A stretch of 64,000 nucleotides of DNA from Promethearchaeota archaeon (GCA_016840085.1 JAEOTA010000018.1:128001-192000); one strand, 5' to 3'; numbered from the stretch's first letter, positions 20,733 to 31,510 are shown. The notes: a model not told the origin generated them from the letters alone. Numbers and translations are program-made.

Positions 20733-21515
20733 GTGAGTAAAAATATGAATGAACAAATAATGTACAAAACTGAAAAAGGAGTTTTTCACATTATTTTGAA
20801 CCGGCCAGAGAAAAGGAATGCACTTACAAAAATAATGTATACAGGAATTGCTAAGGGGATAGAAAAGGCTGAAAATAATCCAAAAATCAGAATTATCTTG
20901 ATTTACGGTAATGGAAAATGTTTTTGTGCAGGAAATGACCTAAAAGACTTTCAGGATCTGGATTGGGGATCTGGAACTAGACCCGGAAGAAGTTGGACAG
21001 AAGAGATTCTCAAAGCTAAGAAGCCAATAATAGCAGCTGTACATGGTTACGCTATTGGTGTTGGGGTAACTATGTTATTACAATTCGATTTAGTCTATGC
21101 GGGAAAAGGGTGCAGATTCCAGTTTCCATTTGTGAGTCTTGGTTTAGTACCCGAGTTTGGTTCTACGTTTCGGTTACCTCAATTAATAGGTTATCAACGC
21201 GCAGCAGAATTGTTTTTCTTTGGAGATTGGTTTACTGCTGAAGAAGCTGAAAAAATGGGGATAATAAATAAAATCTTCTCTGAAGAAAAATTGATTACTG
21301 AGGTAACCCTTTTAGCTGAAAATTTAGCTGAAAAACCTCCAGTAGCCTTACGAAAAACTAAAGAGTTAATTAAAAAACATTATATGGAATTATTACAAAA
21401 ATTAATGCCGGAAGAAGGAGCAGAATTCGTAAGAAGACAAAGATCTCCCGAAGCCCAGGAAGCATTTAGAGCTTTCTTTGAGCGTAGAAAACCAGAATTC
21501 TCAAAATTTTCATAA
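20733..21515 (+). CDS. Crotonase-family enzyme, probably Delta3,Delta2-enoyl-CoA isomerase (ECI2 type)
   Basis: LNRPEKRNAL, FCAGNDL, KPIIAAVHGYAIGVG; both hydratase Glu positions are replaced (T, F) and a Glu is present in GLVPEFG. Confidence 0.8.
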   Translation: MSKNMNEQIMYKTEKGVFHIILNRPEKRNALTKIMYTGIAKGIEKAENNPKIRIILIYGNGKCFCAGNDLKDFQDLDWGSGTRPGRSWTEEILKAKKPIIAAVHGYAIGVGVTMLLQFDLVYAGKGCRFQFPFVSLGLVPEFGSTFRLPQLIGYQRAAELFFFGDWFTAEEAEKMGIINKIFSEEKLITEVTLLAENLAEKPPVALRKTKELIKKHYMELLQKLMPEEGAEFVRRQRSPEAQEAFRAFFERRKPEFSKFS

Positions 21516-21520
21516 ATAAA

Positions 21521-22438
21521 CTACTTTCTGCTTTTCTCATACTTTTTTAATTCTTCTAAAATGTGTTTATCCTGTAAGCCAAGTGAATTTAGCAGCACGC
21601 ATAATTGAACTTTTGCATTTTCTGCTTTAATTTTATTTGCTAAATATAACGCTTTAATATATTGATCTTTTGCTTCTTTGATTTCCCCTAAATAAAACAG
21701 TGTTTCACCAACATAGCTTAATCCTCTAATGATTAATTCAGTAAAGTTTGCATCAATCGCTACGTTAGTCCCTTTCTTAAAGTATCTGAGAGCTCGCTCA
21801 AAATGATTGTTTTTCTTCTGAAGGATTCCTAAGTTAAAATAGGAAGTAATAATACCCTTACTATCGTTAATCTCTTTAAACGCTTTTAAAGATTTCTTGT
21901 ACAATTCAAAAACAATGTCCCATCTCTCCATTTTTTCATGAATGAGAATTAGATTTCCTAAGCAATCTAATAAATTATATATATCGTTGCTATCCGAACA
22001 TAGCGCACTGCAATTTAAGAAAGTGTCACAAGCTTCGTCTAATTTATTTAATTTGATATAATTATTTCCGATTCCTTTTAAACAAGTAATTTGTTCTTGG
22101 ACTTGTTTTAATTCTTCATAAATATTATACGCGTTTTCATAAGATTCAATAGATCTTTGATATTCACCCTCTTTAAAAAATAAAATGCTTAATACACCAT
22201 AAACTGCTGCTTGACCTAATCGATCTTTTTGTTTTTTAAAATGCTTTAGACAGATTATGTAATTTTTTTCTGAGTCTCTAAATTTCTCCAATTGTGATTG
22301 GATTAGAGCAATATCACTTAATTCTTTAATATAATTTGAATTTTTACCAAATTCTTCTAACTCTTTTAAGTTTTCCAACTTTTTATTTAATAATTGCTGT
22401 AATTCCTCTTTTTTAAATTCAGTTTCATTCTCTGTCAT
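21521..22438 (-). CDS. TPR repeat protein
   Basis: Repeated ~40-aa TPR-like units (CLKGIGNNY, CLGNLILIH, YFNLGIL, LSYVGET). Confidence 0.85.
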   Translation of the reverse strand: MTENETEFKKEELQQLLNKKLENLKELEEFGKNSNYIKELSDIALIQSQLEKFRDSEKNYIICLKHFKKQKDRLGQAAVYGVLSILFFKEGEYQRSIESYENAYNIYEELKQVQEQITCLKGIGNNYIKLNKLDEACDTFLNCSALCSDSNDIYNLLDCLGNLILIHEKMERWDIVFELYKKSLKAFKEINDSKGIITSYFNLGILQKKNNHFERALRYFKKGTNVAIDANFTELIIRGLSYVGETLFYLGEIKEAKDQYIKALYLANKIKAENAKVQLCVLLNSLGLQDKHILEELKKYEKSRK

Positions 22439-22478
22439 AAAAATTAAATATAAATTGTATTTCCTTTATTTAATCCCT

Positions 22479-22913
22479 CTATAATATTTCTTCTAAAATC
22501 TTTGCAGAATCTTTTACATATTGAAAGCACTTCTTTTCAAAAAAATCATTTCGATCGTAGTAGGCTTTTCCTTCAGGTGTATTAATATCACAACCAAGCA
22601 ATTCCTTACAGACTATTGAGTCATGAATTTCTTGAAATCGATTTGAAAATTCTCTTATAACCTGATACGTCTTTTCTCTCGCTTCTGTATCGTCATTTAT
22701 CCCCATACCATATCTTAAACCAATAACCATAAAAGCCCCAGACACTGCACCACATGTATTTTGCAAATGTCCCATTCCACCTCCAAATCCTGTAGCTAAT
22801 CTTAGAGCCGTATCTTTATCTAATCCATATTGAGCGGCATAAGAACTTAATATTGATTGAGCACAATTAAAATCTCCTCTAAAGGAAGAAATAGCTTTTT
22901 CTATTCCGGACAT
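22479..22913 (-). CDS. C-GCAxxG-C-C family putative redox-active protein
   Basis: FNCAQS, GFGGGMG, TCGAVSGA, CKELLG, KC..YV. Confidence 0.9.
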   Translation of the reverse strand: MSGIEKAISSFRGDFNCAQSILSSYAAQYGLDKDTALRLATGFGGGMGHLQNTCGAVSGAFMVIGLRYGMGINDDTEAREKTYQVIREFSNRFQEIHDSIVCKELLGCDINTPEGKAYYDRNDFFEKKCFQYVKDSAKILEEIL

Positions 22914-23016
22914 TTTGAATAACTCCTTTTTTTTATGAATTTTGCATTTTAAAGGTGTAAGAAATATAAAATTTCATGTCTATTATATATCTAGTGATAC
23001 AATAAGCAAATAATCA

Positions 23017-24147
23017 ATGAACAAAGGTAATAGTATGAAATTAAAAGCGAAATTATTTGATAAATTAGATGATAAGAAAGTTAAATGTCATGTATGTGCT
23101 AATGAATGTAAAATCCTTCCCGATAAAGTTGGGATATGTAGAACAAGAAAGAATTTTGATGGAGAATTATACACGTTAATTTATGGTTCAATGATATCAT
23201 CTGGTAGTTTAGATCCCATTGAGAAGAAGCCACTTTATAATTTCTGGCCTGGTGCTACAGCATATTCGATTGCATCAATTGGATGTTCTTTTAAGTGCCA
23301 GAATTGCCAGAATTGGTCGATAAGTCAAGCTAATCCTACAGATAACGGAAAAAAAGGTTTTTACGATTTAGAAGAATATAAAGGAAGAGGTATGTCTTTA
23401 GTTGAAATGACTCCTCAGCAATTGGAAAAGAGAGTGGTAAAAAGTGGAGCAAAAACACTTGCTTATACCTATAATGAACCTTTAATATGGCATGAATGGA
23501 TTCTAGATACTGTTCCTCTTCTAAAAAAGCATGATATTAAAACTATTTTAGTAACAAATGGATATTCAACGCCAGAGGCTTCAAAAGAGTTGGTTGAAGT
23601 AGGAATTGATGCTGCTAATATTGATATTAAGGCAATGTCAGATGAGTTTTATAAAAGAATTTGTGGGGTTCCATCTGTTCAACCTGTTTTAGATACAGCT
23701 AAATATTTTAAATCCAATGGCATGCATATTGAAATTACTAATTTAATCATCCCTGATTTGAATGATAGTAAAGAAGATATTAAAAAATTATGTAGTTGGA
23801 TTGTAGATAATTTAGGAAATAACACTCCTACTCATTTTTCTGCATACCATCCTGATTTTAAAATGCCTTCTACTAAAAGAACTCCATATGAAACTTTAAA
23901 TATGGCATATAAAATTGCTAAAGATGCTGGGATTTATTTTCCTTATGTAGGAAATATTGCTCATGAGGAGGGAGGTAACACTTATTGTCCTAATTGCCAC
24001 TATTTATTATTTGAAAGAAGAGGATATAGCTTCAAAAAAATAGATATTACTCATGAGAAAAAATGTCCTAACTGTAATTATGAATTAGATAATGATATAA
24101 TTGGCGAAATAAATAAAAATTCTTCCCATCGATTTGCTTTCCTTTAA
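23017..24147 (+). CDS. amrS: AmmeMemoRadiSam system radical SAM enzyme
   Basis: N-terminal CHVCANEC...GICRTR, DPIEKKPL, CSFKCQNCQNWSISQ, YTYNEP, C-terminal CPNC..CPNC. Confidence 0.9.
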   Translation: MNKGNSMKLKAKLFDKLDDKKVKCHVCANECKILPDKVGICRTRKNFDGELYTLIYGSMISSGSLDPIEKKPLYNFWPGATAYSIASIGCSFKCQNCQNWSISQANPTDNGKKGFYDLEEYKGRGMSLVEMTPQQLEKRVVKSGAKTLAYTYNEPLIWHEWILDTVPLLKKHDIKTILVTNGYSTPEASKELVEVGIDAANIDIKAMSDEFYKRICGVPSVQPVLDTAKYFKSNGMHIEITNLIIPDLNDSKEDIKKLCSWIVDNLGNNTPTHFSAYHPDFKMPSTKRTPYETLNMAYKIAKDAGIYFPYVGNIAHEEGGNTYCPNCHYLLFERRGYSFKKIDITHEKKCPNCNYELDNDIIGEINKNSSHRFAFL

Positions 24148-24186
24148 AATTTTAAAGAAAAAAAATAAAACTTTATTTTATGATAA

Positions 24187-24849
24187 TTAGAATAGTCCTG
24201 TAATAGATATTCCAACTACTAAAAGTAAAAATCCTTGAATTAAACAGAGAACTGCAACAATAAAAGCAAAAGGAGGCCACGAGATTATTTTTGAAGCAGT
24301 CATTAATCCTCCAATATAGAATTTCACCAAGATTGCTACTACTGCAAAAACTATGATAAATAATATTATGAAAAACCATTTTGGATCAAAATGAATTGCA
24401 ATATGTTGGACAAGCACATCAGGAATTACTGAGGCTACTATTATTGCCACTGCGCTGGCAGCTAAAATTCCAACCACGCTAGCTATAGGTAAGTCATTTA
24501 AAGGTTTTAAAAATGTGAATACACCAATCACAATTAGAAAAATTGATGTAAAAATACTTCTACCATCTCCTATAAAAGCTACACTTGGTTTTACATCTAG
24601 AATTAAACCTCCTACACCAGAAAGAATACCAAAAATACCCACAATAAATCCTAAATAAGTTAATCCTTTCAAAAATTTAGTAACTTTAAGATCATAGTCT
24701 TCGGTTTTTCTTTTCTTGAAACCCCCTCTTCTTTTTGCTTCATATAATGCAAAGATAATCCAAATAACCCCAAGAACCAAAATAATAAAAGCAGCAAATT
24801 TAGCTAATGGTTCCAAAAAATTATCAGTAAAATCGAATTGAAAAATCAT
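24187..24849 (-). CDS. Polytopic membrane protein of unknown function
   Basis: About 6 hydrophobic segments; MIFQ N-terminus. Confidence 0.7.
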   Translation of the reverse strand: MIFQFDFTDNFLEPLAKFAAFIILVLGVIWIIFALYEAKRRGGFKKRKTEDYDLKVTKFLKGLTYLGFIVGIFGILSGVGGLILDVKPSVAFIGDGRSIFTSIFLIVIGVFTFLKPLNDLPIASVVGILAASAVAIIVASVIPDVLVQHIAIHFDPKWFFIILFIIVFAVVAILVKFYIGGLMTASKIISWPPFAFIVAVLCLIQGFLLLVVGISITGLF

Positions 24850-24971
24850 ATGTTTTCACTCCTTAATTTAGAAATTATTATATTATTATGTTGAAGATTA
24901 TTTAATAAATATATTAAATTAATGAAGTCCAGTTTTTAATATTAACAAATACAGTATTAGAGAATTATATT

Positions 24972-26666
24972 TTATTTTATAAATGACACAGTCTTAGAAA
25001 CATAATCCAAATAATCTTGGATTTCATTTTTTATTTTATCTTCTCTCCAAGAATATTCTTTTGCTATAATGTCTGCTACATTTTTGGCAGCTTTAGAGGC
25101 TTTTTTATGACTTATCCAAAGAGACATTTCAGTTCTTCGACAAAACATATCAATTAAATGTGGAGTCATTTCATAACGTAAACAATAAATAATTTCTGCA
25201 TGAATAAAATTATTTTCATCTATAATTCTCTCTTTAAGGGTTTCATCTTCTTTTATAAGTTCAAGGATCTTTATTGCTCCCCTACCATATTGTTGATATA
25301 AATGGTCAGCAATATCTCCATCTAAGCTTATACCAGAATTTTTAAATAATGAAAGCCATTCTTCTTTTTCAAGTCCTATTACAAATTTTTGTCTTGAAAA
25401 ATGTTTTTCTCTTTTAATATTAGGAAATATATTCTTTTCGTCTATTTTATTAAATAAATCTTCAGCCATGGCTCTCCATTCTGTTAACTTACCACCTGAA
25501 ATGGTTAAGAGTCCATCATCAGAGAAAAAGATAGTATGAATTCGAGAAACATCACTCTCAGATTTACCTTTTTGCATTACTAATGGTCTGATTCCCGCAT
25601 AAGTAGAAAGAATATTATTATAACTTAATTCTGCATTTGGAAAGAAATATTTAGTAGATTTAATTAAATAATCCGCATCTTCCTTCGTGCAAAAAGGATT
25701 AGCTAAATCACCCTGATAATCAGTGTCAGTTGTTCCAATTATGGTATAATCTCTATCACGAGGTAAAACAAAAAAAATCCTTCGATCTATGATAGAGTAC
25801 AATGCATCAGCCATTCTGTTATTTATATGCTCTCGTTTATATTGTAAATGAACACCTTTTGTGGGTCGTATTAAAGGTCTGGGGATATCTTCAGGATATT
25901 GATCCAATAATTCATCTGTCCAAATTCCTGTTGCATTTACAACTAAAGTTCCGCTAATTTCAAAATGGTTATTATTTTCAAGATCTTTGCACTTGACACC
26001 TGTGATTTTACCATCATCTTTAACATACCCAATAACTTTACAATAATTAATAGCATCAGTACCTCTTATTACTGCTTCTTTCAATATTTCAATTGTTAGT
26101 CTAGCGTCATCAATATTCGTATCATAGTATACAGTACCTCCTAAATTCCCTTCTCTTAAAAATTCAGGTTCCATTTCGAAAATTTCTTCGGGAGAATGCC
26201 ATTTATATTTTTTAAAATTTTTGAATTCTGATTTATCATCACTTAAAAAGTCATAGATCTTAACTGCCGATATTAATTCTCTCTTTTTATACTTTCCTCC
26301 TTCAAAATAAGGTAGATAGAATGGAATAGGTCTAACTAAGTGAGGAATATGATGCCGCATCCAATTTCTTTCTCTAGTAGCTTCTCTAACTAAATCCATT
26401 TCTCCATAAGTTAGATATCTCAAGCCACCATGAGCCATTTTTGAACTTCGTGAAGAAGTACCTGAAGCAAAATCTTGCATATCAACAATAGCACCTTTTA
26501 GACCTCTCATAGCAGCTTCTCTTGCTATGCCTGCTCCTGTGATTCCCACTCCTATTACTATAATGTCATAATGAGATTTTTTTAATCTTTCAATTATATT
26601 ATTACGATTTTTATAGGTCCATGTTTGATCAAATAATTTTTCAACTAAATCAGCCATTGCAATCAA
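24972..26666 (-). CDS. glpA: FAD-dependent glycerol-3-phosphate dehydrogenase (GlpA/GlpD family)
   Basis: IVIGVGITGAG, DFASGTSSRSSKMAHGGLRYL, DDARL, VNATGIW, GTTD, AGIRPL, GGKLT. Confidence 0.9.
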   Translation of the reverse strand: MIAMADLVEKLFDQTWTYKNRNNIIERLKKSHYDIIVIGVGITGAGIAREAAMRGLKGAIVDMQDFASGTSSRSSKMAHGGLRYLTYGEMDLVREATRERNWMRHHIPHLVRPIPFYLPYFEGGKYKKRELISAVKIYDFLSDDKSEFKNFKKYKWHSPEEIFEMEPEFLREGNLGGTVYYDTNIDDARLTIEILKEAVIRGTDAINYCKVIGYVKDDGKITGVKCKDLENNNHFEISGTLVVNATGIWTDELLDQYPEDIPRPLIRPTKGVHLQYKREHINNRMADALYSIIDRRIFFVLPRDRDYTIIGTTDTDYQGDLANPFCTKEDADYLIKSTKYFFPNAELSYNNILSTYAGIRPLVMQKGKSESDVSRIHTIFFSDDGLLTISGGKLTEWRAMAEDLFNKIDEKNIFPNIKREKHFSRQKFVIGLEKEEWLSLFKNSGISLDGDIADHLYQQYGRGAIKILELIKEDETLKERIIDENNFIHAEIIYCLRYEMTPHLIDMFCRRTEMSLWISHKKASKAAKNVADIIAKEYSWREDKIKNEIQDYLDYVSKTVSFIK

Positions 26667-26780
26667 ATTTTAAAGTGAATATTATGTAATTAAAGTTACT
26701 TAGAATGCATAACTAGTAAAAAATGAGAGAATTATACATCTCGACAATAATTCTTTTCATAAAGTAAAGAGATGTTATAT

Positions 26781-26854
26781 TTATAATAACGAAATTTGGC
26801 ACTTATAATAAAGTTTATAATAAAGTTCTTTTATAACAATAGAAGTTATAACAA
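26781..26854. repeat. Five short direct repeats TTATAAYAA in the glpA/response-regulator divergent intergenic region
   Basis: Copies start at 26781, 26803, 26815 (TTATAATAA) and 26831, 26846 (TTATAACAA). Confidence 0.45.
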
Positions 26855-26878
26855 CCATTTTTTTCTATCTATAGAAAG

Positions 26879-27262
26879 TTGATAAAACCTATGAAAGAAA
26901 AGGGAGTCCTTATTGTGGATGATGCTCGATTTGTAAGAAATAAGCTTAAACAGATTATTGAAAAACTTCCTTCTGTTAAAGTAGTCGGAGAAGCTTCAAA
27001 TGGGGAGGAAGCAGTATCTTTATATAAAGATTTAAAACCAGATTTAGTTACAATGGATTTAGTTATGCCGAACATAGATGGTATAAAAGCAATAGAAAAA
27101 ATAATGAATTTTGATGAAAAAGCTAATATTCTAGTTGTTTCAGCAATGGGACAAGAAGCTTCGGTCCTTGAAGCTACAGAAAAAGGCGCAAAAGATTTTA
27201 TTAAAAAACCTTTTAAAGGTGATCAAGTTTCTAAGGTAATAGAAAGATTATTAAGAAATTAA
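26879..27262 (+). CDS. Single-domain CheY-like response regulator
   Basis: LIVDDA, VTMDLVMP phosphoacceptor, SAMG, KPF. Confidence 0.92.
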   Translation: MIKPMKEKGVLIVDDARFVRNKLKQIIEKLPSVKVVGEASNGEEAVSLYKDLKPDLVTMDLVMPNIDGIKAIEKIMNFDEKANILVVSAMGQEASVLEATEKGAKDFIKKPFKGDQVSKVIERLLRN

Positions 27263-27349
27263 TTAATTATTTTAAAGAATTTTTTTCTAAACTTCTTAAA
27301 GATTAATGAAATTATAAGATTTTAGCATTTTTTCATTATTTTCAGGACA

Positions 27350-28327
27350 CTAAATCTCTAAAAGCTTCTTTAAAATTAAGGGCATTGAATAAACATCATA
27401 GTAATTATGTTCAATACATTCTTTTACTAATCCGATATATCTTTCAGGCTTTTTTAGATATTTTTTATAGCATAAAGGTACCATACTTCCAGGAAGCTCA
27501 TTTTCCCGTTTCAGATTTAATAATTGTTCTTCTATGTTTGTAAGTGTATACCTATTAATAATTCCTCTAATCCTTCGACGACAAATATGATAAAGATCAA
27601 TATGATGATATTTTGAGTTACTAATCATGTAAGGAATATCTCTTTCAGAAATCATAGGATTTTCATCAAAATAATAGAGAAATCGAGAAGAAAGAACGGG
27701 AATATCAAATGATTTGCCATTATATGACACAAAACATTTGAAATTGGGAAGAATCTTATTTTTAAAATGCTCACATATTGCAATTTCCTCTTCTAAATTT
27801 CGGGCAAAAAAAAGATGAACTTCATATTTCTGATTTTTAAAAAATCCAATCCCTAAAATTATTATAGTGTTATCATATATTCCTAGAGTTTCAATATCTA
27901 AAAATAGTAAATCTTCAACATGGAAGCAAAAACTTACATCTAAATCATCAATATATCTATTTTTCTTAAGAGCTCTAAAATCTTTTTTGTTTATTAAGTC
28001 TAATATGCGATTAGCACTAAGCCCAAACCTTAAATTTAAAAACTTTAAATCTTTAAGAGTTTTAATTCCTCGTCTTTTTAAACGATCCTCAACATATTCT
28101 CCAATGTCATGTACAATTTTAAGATTATAAAAGAGCTTTTTCTTTGTTATATACAGATTTAAATAACAAGGATAACTATCTTCCTGCCAAATTAATTCTA
28201 CAAATTCACCATAAGAGTTTTTGATAATTTGATGATTTTGAAATATTTCTTCGATTTTTTTACCTCGATATCGGTTTATTACTTCTGTAATATCAAAATC
28301 TTGAATGCCATAATAATTCATTGTCAA
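27350..28327 (-). CDS. YprB-like RNase H-fold (DnaQ-like) exonuclease with HhH motif
   Basis: FLDIETLG, SYNGKSFDIP, HIDL, HNYYD; IG...EDRLKRRGI HhH. Confidence 0.85.
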   Translation of the reverse strand: MTMNYYGIQDFDITEVINRYRGKKIEEIFQNHQIIKNSYGEFVELIWQEDSYPCYLNLYITKKKLFYNLKIVHDIGEYVEDRLKRRGIKTLKDLKFLNLRFGLSANRILDLINKKDFRALKKNRYIDDLDVSFCFHVEDLLFLDIETLGIYDNTIIILGIGFFKNQKYEVHLFFARNLEEEIAICEHFKNKILPNFKCFVSYNGKSFDIPVLSSRFLYYFDENPMISERDIPYMISNSKYHHIDLYHICRRRIRGIINRYTLTNIEEQLLNLKRENELPGSMVPLCYKKYLKKPERYIGLVKECIEHNYYDVYSMPLILKKLLEI

Positions 28328-28443
28328 TAATATTAGTTCAAAGTATTTAATAACCTATTCTCTTGAGATTTATAATAATACAAATGAGATTTTTAAAAGA
28401 AGTAGTAGAAAATATAATTTTTTAGTAGAGAAATATCAATCAA

Positions 28444-29778
28444 TTAATAGTCAATTCTAGGAATTGTATCTTCTGTTTCTCTTCGAGTTGGTTTATATTT
28501 GAAAAATCTTCTAGATTCACTATCCTCCAATACATAATTCGACCCTCCACCATGCAGCATGCAATAGGGGTCTAATAAACCTATTTCATTTGCATACTGT
28601 CGGGTAAATCCACGTCCACCTAAAGTTCTGAAACAATGGATTGCACTTTCAAAGCCAAGTTCTGTAGAACTAATTTTCAAACCCATTGCATTAGCTGCCA
28701 TTAATTTTGAACTTCCTGACTCTGGATATTCATCCATTTTTCTTGCATATTGAATCAATGCCGAAAATAACAAGTTTAATTCTCGAATTTTTTTAGAAAT
28801 AGGAAAACGAATCACTTGATATTGATGAAGTCTTTTATCAAATTGCATTCGTTGAAGAGCATAAGCATGAGAATATAGTAATTTTTTCATAGCATCTCCA
28901 AGAGCTTCGGCACTAATAACCAATCGTTCTTCAGTAAGTTGGTGAAAAGCGATATCCAGTCCATGACCATGAAGTAAGTTTTCTTTTGGTATTTCTACTC
29001 TATCAAAGATTAAACGACTCACAAAAGCATCCGTCATACCGTAAGTTCTTACTCTAGCACTTCTAAAATTCTTTAATTGCTGATTTTCAGTATCAACTAC
29101 CGTTGCACCCAATTGTCCATTATCCAATCTCCCATATAAAACTATGAAATCAGCAATCATTCCATTTGTAATGAATAACTTCTTACCTTTTGCAATTAAT
29201 TTATTATCCTTTTCATATAATCTTAGTTCCATACTAAAGATATCAGAGCCAGCATTAAATTCTGTCATTCCTGAAGCTCCAATTTGACCATCTTTGGCAA
29301 CAGGGACTAAAAATTTCTCTTTTTGCATATTATCAGAAGCATAATTAACGGGATTACAATAAAGCGTTCCGCCAGATAATCTTCCCATCTCAATACTATA
29401 ATTTCCCGCTATATATCTTTCACTATATTCACTCCATCGTCCTCCACAAAGAGCATATGCAATAAGAGCATTTCTTGTAATTCTACCAATTTCATATTCC
29501 TCTGTATTAAGTACTGTAGAGTAATATCCCTTATCAGCTAATTTTTTCATTATTGCAATAACAATTTCTTTTTTCTTCTCCTGAGTTGGTTCCTCTACAA
29601 AATAATTTAAACTCTCTAATTTTCTTAACTCAGGATCTAGTTCTTTTTCCATAAAATCATATAATTCGGCCAAAAACTCTTTTTCTTTATCATTCAGAAC
29701 TGGATTATTTAATAAATCTAATTCGGGAACGTATCTTTGGATTCGGATGGGTTCAAACTCAGAAATTCTCGTGTCCAT
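28444..29778 (-). CDS. Acyl-CoA dehydrogenase
   Basis: GMTEFNAGSD, GKKLFITNG, LTEERL, RMQFDKRL..YQ.I, LGGRGF, HGGGSN. Confidence 0.88.
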   Translation of the reverse strand: MDTRISEFEPIRIQRYVPELDLLNNPVLNDKEKEFLAELYDFMEKELDPELRKLESLNYFVEEPTQEKKKEIVIAIMKKLADKGYYSTVLNTEEYEIGRITRNALIAYALCGGRWSEYSERYIAGNYSIEMGRLSGGTLYCNPVNYASDNMQKEKFLVPVAKDGQIGASGMTEFNAGSDIFSMELRLYEKDNKLIAKGKKLFITNGMIADFIVLYGRLDNGQLGATVVDTENQQLKNFRSARVRTYGMTDAFVSRLIFDRVEIPKENLLHGHGLDIAFHQLTEERLVISAEALGDAMKKLLYSHAYALQRMQFDKRLHQYQVIRFPISKKIRELNLLFSALIQYARKMDEYPESGSSKLMAANAMGLKISSTELGFESAIHCFRTLGGRGFTRQYANEIGLLDPYCMLHGGGSNYVLEDSESRRFFKYKPTRRETEDTIPRIDY

Positions 29779-30086
29779 TTTATTTCATCAAACTCATTTT
29801 AAAAAATAAGAATTTTTACAATATTATTTAAATCTGAATTTAAAATAAAACTTTACCTTAATTATCAATTCGTTTAGTTAAGCTACAAATTTAATAAAAA
29901 ACATTCATGAAGTTCATTTCGAAATTCTCTTTTAATTTAAAATAGGATTATTTTCCCATTCCTAATCATTAATCTTAATTAGAAATCTTTTAATCAAAAT
30001 AAAACATAAGAATAAAATATCAAATTTAGTAGAAAACTAAATTCTAAATATAAATTAAATTTAAAATTTTAAAAAGTGAAAGCAAT

Positions 30087-31508
30087 ATGATTAAATTTAG
30101 CGATAAACAATTAAAAATCCCCAAATTAATGCGACCAGTATATTTAGTAACAGTGGGAATGTCAAAGTTTGATCGTGCATTTCCTGAAACTCGAACAGAA
30201 GAATTATGTATTCAAGCATTAACGGCCGCAGCAGATTTCGTCAAAATGACCCCTAGCGAGTTAAAACAATATATTCATACTTGTTATTATGGTCATTTTG
30301 CTGATCACTTCGGGGATCAATTACTAGGAGAAGCTGTAATTCATGATAGACTGGGTCTAGATCCACTAGGAAACATCGGAATAAAGACAGGTGGAGCTAC
30401 AGGTGGTTCTGCTATGTGGGAAGCTGTTAAAGCTGTTGCTTCTGGATATAGCGATTGTGCTCTTGCTCTAGGGTGGGAGAGAATGGATGAAGTGCCTACA
30501 GATGAAGGTAATCACCTCATTTCCTGTGCTGCAGATAAAGATTGGGAAACACCGCTTGGACATATGTATACAGGTTATTATGCTGTCATGGCTCAGAGAT
30601 ACTGGAAAATTTTTGGAAAAGAAGAAGATTCATTTAGAAATACTATGGCAGAAATAGCAGTTAAAAATCGAGGGTATGCTAGAATGAATCCTTATGCCCA
30701 CGGACCGATGAAGATAACTGTAGAAGATGTGATTAACTCTCCCATAGTCGCATATCCTCTTCGTGCTTTAGATTGTTGTTTAATGAGCGTTGGATCGGCG
30801 TGTGGAATAGTATGTGATGAAAAAACAGCATATGAAATCACAGATAAACCACTTAGGATTTATATAGCAGCTGGGAGTCATACTTTGAGAGTCGCAGATC
30901 GTCGTGATATGAAGATACCTCTATTGCCTAATGAAACAAATAACTATTACGAAGACTTGGGGAAAAGATTTCCTGGTGGAGATCGCTATCCCGGGTTCAC
31001 AAGCTTTTTAGCAGCAAGGATATCTGCTTATTATGCGTATCATATGTCTGGTGTTGTTGATCCTAGTGAAGATCTTGATTTAGTTGAACTTCATGATGCA
31101 TTTACTATTAGCGATATTCAAACATATGAAGACATTGGAATAAGACCTTACGGTGAGGGAAGAACTTATATTGAGAGTGGAGATGCATATGTTATTAATC
31201 CAAATACTAAAAAACCAGGAAAATTAGCTAGCAATCCAAGTGGTGGTTTAATAGGGTGTATGCATGCTGTAGGAGCAACGGGACTTATGCAGATTGCTGA
31301 GATTGGATACCATATTTGGAAACGATGGGATGAAATCCATGAGCCTGAGGAGAAATGGAAAACTTTTGGAAGGAAAAAACCAAAAGATTGGGAGAGTTTA
31401 CAAGTTAAAGGAGCAAAAAGAGGATTAGCTATAAGCCATGCAGGTGTAGGATCTCATGTAACTTGTACTATTTTGATGGATCCAAATAATTTAATAAAGG
31501 AGGATTAA
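30087..31508 (+). CDS. SCP2-type thiolase-fold protein lacking the nucleophilic Cys
   Basis: KTGGATGG at the CxS position, AVKN...NPYA, ELHDAF, NPSGGLIG.MHAVGATG. Confidence 0.85.
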   Translation: MIKFSDKQLKIPKLMRPVYLVTVGMSKFDRAFPETRTEELCIQALTAAADFVKMTPSELKQYIHTCYYGHFADHFGDQLLGEAVIHDRLGLDPLGNIGIKTGGATGGSAMWEAVKAVASGYSDCALALGWERMDEVPTDEGNHLISCAADKDWETPLGHMYTGYYAVMAQRYWKIFGKEEDSFRNTMAEIAVKNRGYARMNPYAHGPMKITVEDVINSPIVAYPLRALDCCLMSVGSACGIVCDEKTAYEITDKPLRIYIAAGSHTLRVADRRDMKIPLLPNETNNYYEDLGKRFPGGDRYPGFTSFLAARISAYYAYHMSGVVDPSEDLDLVELHDAFTISDIQTYEDIGIRPYGEGRTYIESGDAYVINPNTKKPGKLASNPSGGLIGCMHAVGATGLMQIAEIGYHIWKRWDEIHEPEEKWKTFGRKKPKDWESLQVKGAKRGLAISHAGVGSHVTCTILMDPNNLIKED

Positions 31509-31510
31509 TA

